This document shows, piece after piece, positions 23,340 to 34,997 of a DNA stretch of 53,750 nucleotides. Under the pieces are notes generated by a model. The model was not told the DNA's origin, searched no databases, and saw only the letters and a program-made list of their open reading frames with translations. Location: NCBI GenBank assembly GCA_051000335.1, contig JBPCOK010000135.1, forward strand, positions 1 to 53,750. The letters are read 5' to 3'. The translations under genes and the position numbers were made by a program. The stretch is from Candidatus Limnocylindria bacterium. Its GTDB lineage: Bacteria > Chloroflexota > Limnocylindria > QHBO01. How positions within the stretch are numbered: position 1 is the stretch's first letter; every line of letters begins with the position of its first letter.

Positions 23340-23864
23340 TCAGGCCTCGGGCTCGTCTGTGCTCTTCGCGCGGCGTCGTGCCGCCGCGGACTCGCGGCTG
23401 GCCCTGGTGACGGCGACCTTCGCTTTGCCGGCCGCCGTGCGCGGTCGGTCCGTCGCCCTGCCGGCGGCAGCCTTCGAGGCCTTCGCGGCCGCGACCTTCT
23501 TGCGCTGGGCCGTCTTGCTGGCGGTGGTGCGCTTCTTCGCCGTCGTTGGCACCGCGGCCTCGGCGCCATCGAGGAGATGGGCCGCATTGACCTTCGCCAT
23601 GAGACGGCTCTTCCGCCGGGCGGCGTTGTTCGGGTGGATGATTCCCTTCTCCGCGGCCTTGTCGAGGGCACTGATGGCGGCGGTCACGGCCTCGGGGCCG
23701 TTTCCGTCTCCGCGCCCCAGGGCGATCTCCGAGGCCTGCTGCACGAGGGTCTTCGTCCCACTCCGCGTTCGGCGGTTGACGGCGCGGCGGCGGAGTGACT
23801 GGCGCACGCGCTTGAGGGCGGAGGGCGTGCGCGCGCCCTTCCAGGTTCGGGCCGTTCTTGCCAC
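23340..23864 (-). CDS. rpsT: ribosomal protein bS20 with an ~85-aa Ala/Lys/Arg-rich C-terminal extension
   Basis: The GTG start follows GAGGA. The S20 core is SALKRVRQSLRRRAVNRRTRS...ISALDKAAEKGIIHPNNAARRKSRL. A basic tail follows: TTAKKRTTASKTAQRKKVAAAKASKAAAGR...AGKAKVAV...RRRAKS. Confidence 0.85.
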   Translation of the reverse strand: MARTARTWKGARTPSALKRVRQSLRRRAVNRRTRSGTKTLVQQASEIALGRGDGNGPEAVTAAISALDKAAEKGIIHPNNAARRKSRLMAKVNAAHLLDGAEAAVPTTAKKRTTASKTAQRKKVAAAKASKAAAGRATDRPRTAAGKAKVAVTRASRESAAARRRAKSTDEPEA

Positions 23865-23936
23865 GTGGAATCCTCAACTCGGTCGAAATTGCTTGCACAC
23901 GAAGCCGACGCTCGAAGGGAGCGCGGCGGATGCGGG

Positions 23937-23966
23937 AGTATAGCATCGGAGCGCGGACGGGACCAA
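23937..23966 (-). promoter_or_regulatory. sigma-70-type promoter for rpsT
   Basis: The minus strand reads TTGGTC-(18 nt)-TATACT with TGC just upstream of the -10. It lies about 70 nt upstream of the rpsT GTG. Confidence 0.4.
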
Positions 23967-24148
23967 CGAGGGACTCGACAACTGCCGCACCAACCGCGAC
24001 AATCGGGCGACCGGGTTCCCACGGCCTGCCCGGCCACGGATCGCCCGAGAGTAAGGAGTACCCAGGGGAGGCGTTCGGCCGTGCCGACCGAACGGCGTTG
24101 CACTCCTGCAACGACTGGTGACGCCGACGCGTCTCCCATGACGACGCC

Positions 24149-26056
24149 ATGACGACGACCGCATTCCCGAGCCGGCTCATTCGCCCGGTGGCCTCGCCTC
24201 CGGCGCGCCGTGCCACCTTCATCGGCTTTGCCGCCACGCTGGCTGCCGGCTTCCTCGTCGGGGCCGCCACATCGATCGGGATCGGGATCTCGGCCGGCGA
24301 GACCGTGCTCTCCGGCGTCAGCGTCGGAGGGGTCCGGGTCGCCGGCCTCGACCGCGCCGAGGCGGCCTCACGGTTGACGGCGGAGCTGCCATCGCTCGCT
24401 GCGGGCCAGGCGGTCGTCGCCATCGGCACCGAGACGGTCGCGGTGCGGTACGCGGAGCTCGGACGCGGCTACGAGATGGAAACGATGCTGGATGCCGCGT
24501 TCGGCGTGGGGCGCTCGGCGGATCCGATCAGCGACGGCCTCGCACGCCTCCGCACCTTGGTGCATCCGGCCAGCCTGCCCGTCGTGGTCCACCCCTATGA
24601 CGCAGCATCCCTCGATCGCATCTCCTCGGAGGTTGCCGCCCGCTTCACGATTCCCGCCGTCGAGGCCTCGGTCGCAGCGAACGGCGCGACCTTCGACGTG
24701 AGCCCGGGCGCAACGGGTACCGCGCTCGAGGGCCAGGCGCTGGCTTCCGCGCTCGCCCAGGCCGTCGACAACGCGAGCCCCGACGACGCGCAACTCACGA
24801 TTCAGCCGCTGAGCGTTGCGCCCATGGTGTCGACGGCGGCGGCCGAGTCGGTCGCCGCGGCGGCGCGAAGCACGGTCGGCGCCCTGCAGCTCGAGGTGGC
24901 CGGGGCCGGTGCGGACGAGGCGCCGATCACCCTGGCGCCCGAGACGATCGCGTCGTGGCTGAGCTTCGGTCCCGACTATGGCGGTGTCGCCTATGCCCTC
25001 CATATCGACGAGGCGGCTGCCGGTCAGGCCATCACCGAGCTGGCAGCCTCCGTCGATCGCGATCCGATGAGCGCGCAGATCGCCGTCGCTGCGGGGGGCG
25101 GTCTGGGCGGCGTGATCCCGGGGCAGGAGGGTCGCACGCTCGACATCGCTGCCTCGCGGGAAGCGCTGCTGCGTGTGCTCGCGCGTCGCGGAGGCGGCGC
25201 CCCACTGGCGTCCGCTGGCCTGGTCGTCGGCGTCACCGAGCCGTCCGTCACGACGGCCGCCGCGCAGGCGGCCCTGCCGCAGATGCAGCTCGTCTCGTCG
25301 TGGACCACGACCTTCGTGCCCGGCGACGGGAACGGCTTCGGGGACAACATCACCATTGGCGCCCGTGACATCGACGGGCGGAACCTGGCTCCGGGGGAGT
25401 GGTTCAGCTTCTGGGGCGGCATCGGACCGGTCACGGTCGAACGCGGCTATCACTACGGCGGCGTGATCATCGGCGGTCGCAGCGTAGCCGGCGGCGCGAT
25501 CGGCGGCGGCATCTGCTCGACGTCGACCACGCTCTTCAACGCGGCCCTGCGCGCGGGGCTCCAGATGGGGGACCGAGCGAACCACTTCTACTACATCGAC
25601 CGATATCCGGATGGCCTCGACGCGACGGTCTATATGGCCGACGATTGGGTCCAGGACATGACGTTCCGCAACGACACCGCCTACCCGATCGTGATCCGTG
25701 GGTTCGGCGGTCCGTCCTCCGTGACGTTCCAGCTGTGGACCGTCCCGACTGGCCGATCCGTGGTCCTGACCGACCCGGCAACGAGCAACTCCCGCACGGC
25801 GATCGAGACCACCCAGCTGTCATCGACCATGGCGCCCGGCACGTCGAAGCGGGTCGAGTACCCGCACGACGGCCACGACGTGTCCCGAACCCGGTTCGTC
25901 TACGACCCCAACGGGAACGAGATTCACCGCAACACGTACGTCAGCTCGTATCGGACGGTGAACGGCATCACGCTGGTGGGTCCCGCCCCGCCGCCGAAGG
26001 AACCGGAGCCGCCGGCCGAAGAGGCCGATCCGCCCGCCGAGACGGCCACGCCCTGA
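24149..26056 (+). CDS. VanW-family protein with an N-terminal TM anchor and a Pro-rich C-terminus
   Basis: The TM segment is [24 protein letters not shown]. The VanW core is [25 protein letters not shown]......[21 protein letters not shown]....R.NH..YI.RYP.GLDATV. Confidence 0.8.
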   Translation: MTTTAFPSRLIRPVASPPARRATFIGFAATLAAGFLVGAATSIGIGISAGETVLSGVSVGGVRVAGLDRAEAASRLTAELPSLAAGQAVVAIGTETVAVRYAELGRGYEMETMLDAAFGVGRSADPISDGLARLRTLVHPASLPVVVHPYDAASLDRISSEVAARFTIPAVEASVAANGATFDVSPGATGTALEGQALASALAQAVDNASPDDAQLTIQPLSVAPMVSTAAAESVAAAARSTVGALQLEVAGAGADEAPITLAPETIASWLSFGPDYGGVAYALHIDEAAAGQAITELAASVDRDPMSAQIAVAAGGGLGGVIPGQEGRTLDIAASREALLRVLARRGGGAPLASAGLVVGVTEPSVTTAAAQAALPQMQLVSSWTTTFVPGDGNGFGDNITIGARDIDGRNLAPGEWFSFWGGIGPVTVERGYHYGGVIIGGRSVAGGAIGGGICSTSTTLFNAALRAGLQMGDRANHFYYIDRYPDGLDATVYMADDWVQDMTFRNDTAYPIVIRGFGGPSSVTFQLWTVPTGRSVVLTDPATSNSRTAIETTQLSSTMAPGTSKRVEYPHDGHDVSRTRFVYDPNGNEIHRNTYVSSYRTVNGITLVGPAPPPKEPEPPAEEADPPAETATP

Positions 26057-26088
26057 CCCACCCGGCGGTGCATCCGCCCGTCGTCGGC

Positions 26089-26094
26089 TAGACT
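26089..26094 (+). promoter_or_regulatory. -10 hexamer TAGACT 8 nt upstream of the lepA GTG (leaderless-type)
   Basis: The sequence is TAGACT-tccgcccc-GTG, with no Shine-Dalgarno. Confidence 0.4.
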
Positions 26095-26102
26095 TCCGCC
26101 CC

Positions 26103-27917
26103 GTGATCCCCCCGGAGCGAATCCGCAACTTCAGCATCGTCGCGCACATCGACCACGGCAAGTCGACCTTGGCCGACCGCCTGCTCGAAGCGACCAAGAC
26201 CATCGACAAGCGGCTCATGCAGTCGCAGGTTCTCGACTCGATGGACCTCGAGCGCGAGAAGGGGATCACCATCAAGGCGCGGGCCGTCCGGGTGCACTTC
26301 GATGCCGCCGATGGCCATACCTACGCGCTGAACCTCATCGACACCCCTGGCCATGTCGACTTCACCTACGAGGTGAGCCGATCGCTGCAGGCCTGTGAGG
26401 GGGCCATCCTGGTGGTGGATGCCACGCAGGGGATCGAGGCACAGACCCTCGCCAACGTCCACCTCGCCATGGCGCAGAACCTCACCATCATCCCCGTCAT
26501 CAACAAGATCGACCTGCCGTCAGCCGATCCCGAGATGGTCATGAACGAGCTCGAGGAGACGCTGGCCATCCCCCGCGAGGAGGTGCTGTTGGCGAGCGCC
26601 AAGGACGGCACCGGCGTGCAAGAGATCCTGGAGGCGATCGTCGCGCGCGTGCCGCCGCCTGGCCACGATGGCGATGCGCCGCTGGCCGCGCTCGTCTTCG
26701 ACAGTCACTACGACCAGTACAAGGGCGTGGTCGCCTACGTGCGGTTGGCCGCAGGCTCCCTCCGCGACCACGATCCGATCCGGTTCATGGCCACCGGCGC
26801 CGAATCCGAGATTCTCGAGCTCGGCTACTTCCGCCCCCAGCCGGTACCTACCACGCGCCTCGTGGCGGGCGAGGTCGGCTACGTGGCGACCGGCCTGAAG
26901 AGCATCCGCGAAGTCCAGGTCGGCGATACGCTGACCTCCGCCGAGGCACCGGCCAGCGACCCTCTGCCCGGCTACCAGGAGCCGCTGGCGCTCGTCTTCG
27001 CCGGCATCTACCCGCTCCGCGGCGATGACTACCCCGAGCTGCGCGAGGCGCTCGACAAGCTGCATCTCAACGATGCCGGATTCATTTACGAGCCCGAGTC
27101 GTCGGCCGCGCTCGGCTTCGGGTTCCGGTGCGGGTTCCTGGGCCTGCTGCACATGGAGATCACGCAGGAGCGTCTCGAACGCGAGTTCGACCTCGACCTC
27201 ATCGCCTCGGCGCCGAGCGTCGAGTATCGGGTTCGGCTCGCCCATCGGGAGGACGAGCTCGTGGTCGACAACCCGGCCCAGATGCCCGGCGCCGGTGAAA
27301 TCGAGCAGATCAGCGAGCCGTGGGTCACGACGCAGGTGATCACTCCCACCGACTATATCGGCCCCCTCATGGAGCTGGCGACGAGCCGGCGCGGCGAGTT
27401 CCAGAACATGGAGTACCTGGATCCGAAGCGCGTCAACATGCATTTCGAGATGCCGCTCGGTGAGGTGATCATCGACTTCTATGACCAGTTGAAGAGCCGA
27501 TCCAGTGGCTACGCCAGCCTCGACTACAGCTACATCGGCTACCGCGCCGGTGACCTGGTCAAGCTCGACGTGCTCGTCAGCGGTGAACCAGTCGACGCAC
27601 TGAGCCTCATCGTGCATCGGTCGAACGCGTATCGGTCCGGGAAGGCCCTGGTGGAAAAGCTGAAGGAGCTGATTCCCCGGCAGATGTTCGAAGTGCCGGT
27701 TCAGGCCGCCATCGGCTCGCATATCATCAGCCGCGAAACGATCCGGGCGATGCGCAAGAACGTGCTCGCCAAGTGCTACGGCGGGGATATCACGCGGAAG
27801 CGCAAGCTGCTCGAAAAGCAGAAGGAAGGGAAGCAGCGGATGAAGCGGATCGGTTCGGTCGAGATTCCCCAGGAAGCCTTCCTCGCCGTGCTGCGCATGA
27901 ACGAGAGCGCGGGGTAG
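26103..27917 (+). CDS. lepA: translation elongation factor 4
   Basis: GTPase motifs [17 protein letters not shown] and NKIDL are present. The LepA C-terminal region [23 protein letters not shown] is also present. Confidence 0.95.
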   Translation: MIPPERIRNFSIVAHIDHGKSTLADRLLEATKTIDKRLMQSQVLDSMDLEREKGITIKARAVRVHFDAADGHTYALNLIDTPGHVDFTYEVSRSLQACEGAILVVDATQGIEAQTLANVHLAMAQNLTIIPVINKIDLPSADPEMVMNELEETLAIPREEVLLASAKDGTGVQEILEAIVARVPPPGHDGDAPLAALVFDSHYDQYKGVVAYVRLAAGSLRDHDPIRFMATGAESEILELGYFRPQPVPTTRLVAGEVGYVATGLKSIREVQVGDTLTSAEAPASDPLPGYQEPLALVFAGIYPLRGDDYPELREALDKLHLNDAGFIYEPESSAALGFGFRCGFLGLLHMEITQERLEREFDLDLIASAPSVEYRVRLAHREDELVVDNPAQMPGAGEIEQISEPWVTTQVITPTDYIGPLMELATSRRGEFQNMEYLDPKRVNMHFEMPLGEVIIDFYDQLKSRSSGYASLDYSYIGYRAGDLVKLDVLVSGEPVDALSLIVHRSNAYRSGKALVEKLKELIPRQMFEVPVQAAIGSHIISRETIRAMRKNVLAKCYGGDITRKRKLLEKQKEGKQRMKRIGSVEIPQEAFLAVLRMNESAG

Positions 27918-27920
27918 CGC

Positions 27921-28583
27921 ATGACGTTCTTCGAGTCGCTGCGCCTCGCGATCGCCCTCGGCCTGACGCTGTTCCTCGTGCTGCTGCGCTTCGATTCGGA
28001 TCGGATCACGCGGTCTGACTACTTCCGCTACCGGACGCCGTGGATGGGGCCGGTGTCGTACTACATCCTCGTCATCGGGTTCGCCATCGGGATCGCCGTG
28101 ATCCTGCCGTCGGGCCGAGCGCAGCTCTTCCTCACCGGAGGGGACCCGGACATCATGGCGCTCGTGATGGTGGTGTTCACCATCGTGGCGCTGCTCAATG
28201 GCGTGGCGCTCGCCTTCCTCCGCTACGGCGGCATCCTCCCGCTCCCCATCGAGCTGCTCCCGAGCCGGGTGCTCGGCGCCGCGGCGAACGCGGTCAGCGA
28301 GGAGCTCCAGTTTCGATCGATCGTGCTGGGAATGCTGCTCTTCGCCGGCGTGCCGGCCGGTTGGGCGGTCGCTCTGCAGGCAGTGGTCTACGGCCTGGCC
28401 CATCGCCGGCTATGGCACGACCGCGACTGGTATTTCCTAGCCGGGTCCGTGCTCCTCGGCTGGGCCGCGGGCGTGGCGACCATCGAGACCGGTTCCGTGA
28501 TCCCCGCGATCGTCGGCCACTTTGCGGTGACGATGGCCCTCTTCGCATTCGCTGGAGGCCGGCTCCGCCAGCGGCCGATCTGA
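27921..28583 (+). CDS. CPBP-family intramembrane metalloprotease (CAAX protease/Abi)
   Basis: It is multi-TM and carries the motifs SEELQFRS, YGLAH and IVGHF. It starts 3 nt after lepA. Confidence 0.75.
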   Translation: MTFFESLRLAIALGLTLFLVLLRFDSDRITRSDYFRYRTPWMGPVSYYILVIGFAIGIAVILPSGRAQLFLTGGDPDIMALVMVVFTIVALLNGVALAFLRYGGILPLPIELLPSRVLGAAANAVSEELQFRSIVLGMLLFAGVPAGWAVALQAVVYGLAHRRLWHDRDWYFLAGSVLLGWAAGVATIETGSVIPAIVGHFAVTMALFAFAGGRLRQRPI

Positions 28584-28590
28584 CGGGTCG

Positions 28591-29781
28591 ATGGACGTTC
28601 CGGTCGCGCGTCCGTCGCATCACCTCTACGTCCACGTCCCGTTCTGCCGGCTCGTCTGCGCGTACTGCGACTTCGTGACGGTCGGCGGCCGCGCCGACGA
28701 CATCCCTCGCTACGTCGCCGCTCTTCGCCGGGAGCTCGCGATTCGCCCCGCGCCGGGGGAGCTGCGGACGATCTATTTCGGCGGTGGCACGCCATCCCTC
28801 CTGACCGGCACGCAGGCCGCCGCGGTCATCTCGGACGCCCGCGATCGGTGGGAACGCTCGGCCCTCGATGAGATCACCGTCGAGGCCAACCCGAGCCGGC
28901 GGGAGGTCCCGGACTGGACCGGCTTTCTCGATGCCGGCGTCACGCGGATCAGCCTCGGCGTCCAATCGCTGCGTGACGAGGATCTCGTGGCGCTCGCCCG
29001 CGGTCACACGGCGGAGGAGGCCAGCCGAGCGTTCGCGTCGGTCCGCGGGGCGGGGTTCGACCACGTCAGCATCGACCTGATCTACGGCATTCCGGGCCAG
29101 TCACTCGCCGATTGGCGCGACGGGCTGGCGCGCGCCATCGACCTCGGGCCGGATCACCTGAGCTGCTATGCGCTCCAGCTGGCGCTGACGCCGGACGAGT
29201 GGGCGGCACCGCCGCGGGCGGGCGCCCTGCGCTGGCGCGGCCGCATGGTGCCGCGACAGGATGAGTCGCTGGCCGGCGAGCAATATGAGCTCGCCGAGGA
29301 GCTCCTGGGCGGGGCCGGCTTCGGACACTATGAGCTGAGCTCTTGGGCCCGGCCGGGTCATGAGAGCCGGCACAACAACGCCTATTGGGCGCGGTCGTCG
29401 TACACCGGCATCGGCGCTGGCGCGCACTCGTACGACGGCGCCGCCGAGCGCTCGTGGAACGTGCGAGACCTGGATCGCTATCTCGAGACGGCCGAGGCCG
29501 GGGAGCGACCGGTGGCCGACCGAGAGATCCTCGACGTGGCCACGCGCGAGTTCGAGGCATTCGCGCTCGGCCTGCGTCGCGTCGACGGCATCGATCGAGC
29601 CGAGCTGCGCTCGGAGTTCGGTGCCGAGGCCCTGCGGCGGTTCGAGCGTCCCATCGGCGAGATGGAGAACGCCGGCCTGATCGAGATCGACCGTACGCGG
29701 CTGCGATTGACTGCGGCGGGGCGGCTGCTGGCCAGCGAGGTTCTCGTGGCGCTCCTCCCGGAGCCGATCGCGCGGCGTTGA
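28591..29781 (+). CDS. hemW: radical SAM heme chaperone / coproporphyrinogen-III-oxidase-like protein
   Basis: LYVHVPFCRLVCAYCDF is a CxxxCxxC motif, and the HemN C-terminal domain is present. It shows the conserved lepA-hemW synteny. Confidence 0.9.
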   Translation: MDVPVARPSHHLYVHVPFCRLVCAYCDFVTVGGRADDIPRYVAALRRELAIRPAPGELRTIYFGGGTPSLLTGTQAAAVISDARDRWERSALDEITVEANPSRREVPDWTGFLDAGVTRISLGVQSLRDEDLVALARGHTAEEASRAFASVRGAGFDHVSIDLIYGIPGQSLADWRDGLARAIDLGPDHLSCYALQLALTPDEWAAPPRAGALRWRGRMVPRQDESLAGEQYELAEELLGGAGFGHYELSSWARPGHESRHNNAYWARSSYTGIGAGAHSYDGAAERSWNVRDLDRYLETAEAGERPVADREILDVATREFEAFALGLRRVDGIDRAELRSEFGAEALRRFERPIGEMENAGLIEIDRTRLRLTAAGRLLASEVLVALLPEPIARR

Positions 29782-29807
29782 CACCGGCTTCGGCGGAGCG
29801 GTACCAT
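29778..29807 (+). promoter_or_regulatory. sigma-70-type promoter of the hrcA operon
   Basis: The sequence is TTGACA-(18 nt)-TACCAT. It sits immediately upstream of CIRCE and overlaps the hemW stop. Confidence 0.5.
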
Positions 29808-29822
29808 GCCGCAATCACCCCG

Positions 29823-29849
29823 TTAGCACTCTCGACCTTAGAGTGCTAA
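29823..29849 (+). promoter_or_regulatory. CIRCE operator (HrcA binding site)
   Basis: TTAGCACTC-tcgacctta-GAGTGCTAA matches the consensus TTAGCACTC-N9-GAGTGCTAA perfectly. It lies 20 nt upstream of the hrcA ATG. Confidence 0.9.
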
Positions 29850-29868
29850 CGAGCATCGGAGGCCGGCC

Positions 29869-30975
29869 ATGACGCACGACCGTCACTCGCCACGCGAGCG
29901 CACCGCGCCGATCCGCCAGGCAGGACAGCTGTCGGATCGGCAGCGAACCGTGCTGCGCGCCGTCGTCGAGGATTACGTCCTCACGGCCGTGCCGGTCGGC
30001 TCGAAGGCGCTCGTCAGCCGGTATGCCCTCGGTGTGTCGCCGGCCACCGTTCGCAGCGCCATGGCGGAGCTCGAATCGCTGGGACTGCTTTCGCATCCCC
30101 ACACGAGTGCCGGCCGCGTGCCGTCCGATCTCGGCTATCGGCTGTACGTCGAGTCCCTCATGCGTGAAGCGGAGCTCGACCAGGCCGATCGGCTCATGAT
30201 CCGGCACCAGTTCAGCCAGGTGCAGCTCACGAGCAACGAGTGGCTGCGCCTGGCCGCCTCGATCCTGGCGGGGAGCACGCGTTCTGCGGCCGTGGTGACG
30301 CCGGCTCGATCCCGGCGGGCGCGCTTCGGGCACGTGCAGCTCGTGGCCCTCGACGACGGCACGCGCTTGGTGGTGCTCGTGCTCGGCGACGGAAACGTGG
30401 TCCAGCGTCGCCTGGATCGGATGGCGCTGCAGCGCGAGCTGCCCGACAGCCCGCTCGACCAGGTGGAGCTCGATGCGGCCGCGGCGACGCTCAACACCGA
30501 GCTGGCCGGCCTCGCCGCACCGCAGGTTCGCAAGCGGGCGGCGAAGCTGCCGCTGCTGGCCTCGACCATCGCGTTGACCGTCGTCTCGCTCCTCGAGGAG
30601 GCCGACTCGGTGGTGGTCGAGGACGTGTTCACCGACGGGATCGTTAACGTGCTCGAGCAGCCCGAGTTCGCGGAGGGATCGCGGCTGCGACCCGTGCTCG
30701 AGGTCCTGCAGCGCAGCGACTTCCTCGAACAGCTGGTGCCGGTGCTGACCCGCAGCGGCGGCGTGCACGTGATCATCGGCCGCGAGAATTCGAACGATGC
30801 GATGCACGAGGTGTCGCTGATCTTCGCGCCGTACGGCGCGCCCGATCGGGCACTCGGCTTGCTTGGGGTGCTCGGTCCGACGCGCATGCGCTATCCGCGG
30901 GCCATCCCGACCGTGCGCTACCTGTCCACCCTCATGAACGAGCTCATCAACAGTCACTACGGCGAGACCCAATGA
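29869..30975 (+). CDS. hrcA: heat-inducible transcription repressor
   Basis: LSDRQRTVLRAVVEDYVLTAVPVGSKAL is a typical HrcA N-terminus. It has a GGAGG RBS, lies next to CIRCE, and is followed by grpE-dnaK. Confidence 0.93.
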   Translation: MTHDRHSPRERTAPIRQAGQLSDRQRTVLRAVVEDYVLTAVPVGSKALVSRYALGVSPATVRSAMAELESLGLLSHPHTSAGRVPSDLGYRLYVESLMREAELDQADRLMIRHQFSQVQLTSNEWLRLAASILAGSTRSAAVVTPARSRRARFGHVQLVALDDGTRLVVLVLGDGNVVQRRLDRMALQRELPDSPLDQVELDAAAATLNTELAGLAAPQVRKRAAKLPLLASTIALTVVSLLEEADSVVVEDVFTDGIVNVLEQPEFAEGSRLRPVLEVLQRSDFLEQLVPVLTRSGGVHVIIGRENSNDAMHEVSLIFAPYGAPDRALGLLGVLGPTRMRYPRAIPTVRYLSTLMNELINSHYGETQ

Positions 30976-31556
30976 CCGATCAACCGACAAACGGCGGGCC
31001 GCGAGCCCGCGGCACGAAGACCCGTGGCGAGGAGCGCGCCGAGGCCGTCAAGGCCCCGACGCGGATCGAGCTCGCGGAGCGGATCGAGCAGCTCGAGCGC
31101 GAGCTCGACGAGGTGCGGCGCAGCGACGCCGAACATCAGAACAACTGGCATCGATCCGCCGCGGACTTCGCGAATTTCAAGCGCCGCACCGACGAGGAGC
31201 GCGCGACGCTGACCCAGTTCAGCAACGCGGTCCTCATCGGCAAGCTTCTCGGGGTGCTCGACGACTTCGATCGGGCACTCGAGAGCCTCCCGCCCGATGC
31301 ACACGATGCGTGGATCGAGGGCGTCCAGCTCACCGAGCGCAAGCTTCGCAGCGTCCTCGAGTCGGAGGGCGTGACCGCGATCGATGCGGTCGGCGAGGCG
31401 TTCGACCCGAACCTGCACGAGGCGGTCGTCCACGAGGAGACCGCCGACCATCCCGATAACCAAGTGATCGGCGAGTTGCAGCGCGGATACCGCCTGCACG
31501 ACCGGATCATCCGGCCGAGCCTCGTCCGAGTGGCGAATAACCCGAAGGAGCACTGA
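30972..31556 (+). CDS. grpE: nucleotide exchange factor GrpE
   Basis: Motifs of the GrpE coiled-coil and beta domain are present: [28 protein letters not shown] and [14 protein letters not shown]. An ATGA overlap links it to hrcA. Confidence 0.9.
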   Translation: MTDQPTNGGPRARGTKTRGEERAEAVKAPTRIELAERIEQLERELDEVRRSDAEHQNNWHRSAADFANFKRRTDEERATLTQFSNAVLIGKLLGVLDDFDRALESLPPDAHDAWIEGVQLTERKLRSVLESEGVTAIDAVGEAFDPNLHEAVVHEETADHPDNQVIGELQRGYRLHDRIIRPSLVRVANNPKEH

Positions 31557-31563
31557 ACGACCC

Positions 31564-33513
<1,950 letters not shown>

Positions 33514-33697
33514 CCCTCTCCCTCTCCTTCTCCGCTCGAGATATCGCGTGAGGTTCGCGTCAGCGCCCGGTGGCGTGCGGTCCGCGCGAGATGTCGAGCG
33601 CATGACGCGCCGCGCGGCTGTCAGGCGAAGAACACTCGATCTGGCGAGCTAAGCACTTCGGCCCTGGGGCCGCGCTTGGACGGCGCCGGGCGCATGC

Positions 33698-34102
33698 TCA
33701 GCCCGCGCCAAGTTCGCTGGTGCACATCGGGCAGCGGCGCGCCGCAATGGGGATCTCGGACGTGCACTCCGTGCAGGTCTTGGTGGTCGGCGTCGGTTCG
33801 GCGCCGGCCTGGCGGCGTGCTTCGAGCGCGTTGATCGGGCGCACCACGAAGAAGTAGATGGCCGCCGCGACCATGAGGAAGCTGAAGAGGGCGTTGAGGA
33901 AGAGCCCGTAGCGGACCTCGGCCCGTCCAATACTGACGGTGAGCTCGTCGAAGTTCGGCGTTCCGAAGATGCCGATGAGCGGGGTGAGGATGTCGGCCGC
34001 GAACGACGTGACGACCGCGCCGAAGGCCGCACCGATGACGACCGCAACGGCCAGCTCGACCACGTTGCCGCGCAGGATGAACTCCCTGAATCCCTGGACC
34101 AT
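33698..34102 (-). CDS. mscL: large-conductance mechanosensitive channel with a C-terminal CxxC-x10-CxxC tail
   Basis: MVQGFREFILRGNVVELAVAVVIGAAF is a typical MscL TM1. The protein ends ...TKTCTECTSEIPIAARRCPMCTSELGAG. Confidence 0.9.
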   Translation of the reverse strand: MVQGFREFILRGNVVELAVAVVIGAAFGAVVTSFAADILTPLIGIFGTPNFDELTVSIGRAEVRYGLFLNALFSFLMVAAAIYFFVVRPINALEARRQAGAEPTPTTKTCTECTSEIPIAARRCPMCTSELGAG

Positions 34103-34143
34103 CGAAATCGAACCCTCACTCTGCCGGGTGACCTGAACTCGCC

Positions 34144-34149
34144 TATCCT
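34144..34149 (+). promoter_or_regulatory. -10-like hexamer TATCCT 7 nt upstream of the xthA ATG (leaderless-type)
   Basis: The sequence is TATCCT-cgcaccg-ATG, with no Shine-Dalgarno. Confidence 0.35.
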
Positions 34150-34156
34150 CGCACCG

Positions 34157-34948
34157 ATGCGGCTCGCGACGTGGAACGTCAACTCACTCAAGGCGCGGCT
34201 GGACCGGGTCCTGGCCTGGACCGAGCGCCATCGCCCCGACATCCTGTGCATGCAGGAGACGAAGCTGTCCGACGCCCAGGTGCCGATGATGGACTTCCGC
34301 GCCCTCGGGTATGACGTTGTCCACCATGGTCCGGGGCGCTGGAACGGGGTCGCGATCGCGTCACGCGTTGGCGTCGAGGACGTCACGGCAGGGCTCCCCA
34401 CGCCGGACGGCTGGACTGATGACGGCGGCCGGTTCCTGGTCGCAACCTGCGGCGGCGTGCGCGTGGCGAACATCTACGTTCCGAACGGGCGGGTCGTCGA
34501 CTCCGAGTTCTACCTCCAGAAGCTCGAGTGGCTGGCGCGGCTTTCGGCCTGGCTGAAGGACTATGACCCCTCGACCGAGCTCGCGATCTGCGGCGACTAC
34601 AACGTCGCCCCCGAGGACGAGGACGTGTGGGACGCGAGCGCCGTCCATGGTGCAACCCACGTCTCGTCGCGCGAACGTGCGGCCGTAGCGAAGCTTCGGG
34701 ATTGGGGGATGGTGGACATCGTCCGTCGCTTCCACCCGGAACCCGGCTTCTTCAGCTGGTGGGACTACCGCGCGGGCCATTTCCACAAGAACTTCGGGAT
34801 GCGGATTGATCACGTCTACGTCTCGGAGCCTTTGGCCGCCAGGGCAGTGGCCGCGGAACGCGACCGCGACGCGCGCAAGCCGTCGACCTACCCGGGCATT
34901 CCCTCCGACCACGCTCCGATCATCGTGGACTTCGCCGACTCCCCTTGA
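34157..34948 (+). CDS. xthA: exodeoxyribonuclease III (AP endonuclease)
   Basis: MRLATWNVNSLKAR, LCMQETK and PSDHAPIIVDF are present. Confidence 0.9.
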   Translation: MRLATWNVNSLKARLDRVLAWTERHRPDILCMQETKLSDAQVPMMDFRALGYDVVHHGPGRWNGVAIASRVGVEDVTAGLPTPDGWTDDGGRFLVATCGGVRVANIYVPNGRVVDSEFYLQKLEWLARLSAWLKDYDPSTELAICGDYNVAPEDEDVWDASAVHGATHVSSRERAAVAKLRDWGMVDIVRRFHPEPGFFSWWDYRAGHFHKNFGMRIDHVYVSEPLAARAVAAERDRDARKPSTYPGIPSDHAPIIVDFADSP

Positions 34949-34997
34949 GCTTGCAGGCGGCGGCGTCGCAGTTGCTGTGGCTGAGTAGCCTCGGGAC

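Noticed and set aside
24005-24148. A c-di-AMP (ydaO-type) or other known riboswitch upstream of the cell-wall-related VanW gene.
   Set aside because: The conserved strings I associate with ydaO, TPP, SAM, glycine or cobalamin elements are absent. It is kept only as an unclassified structured region in the findings.
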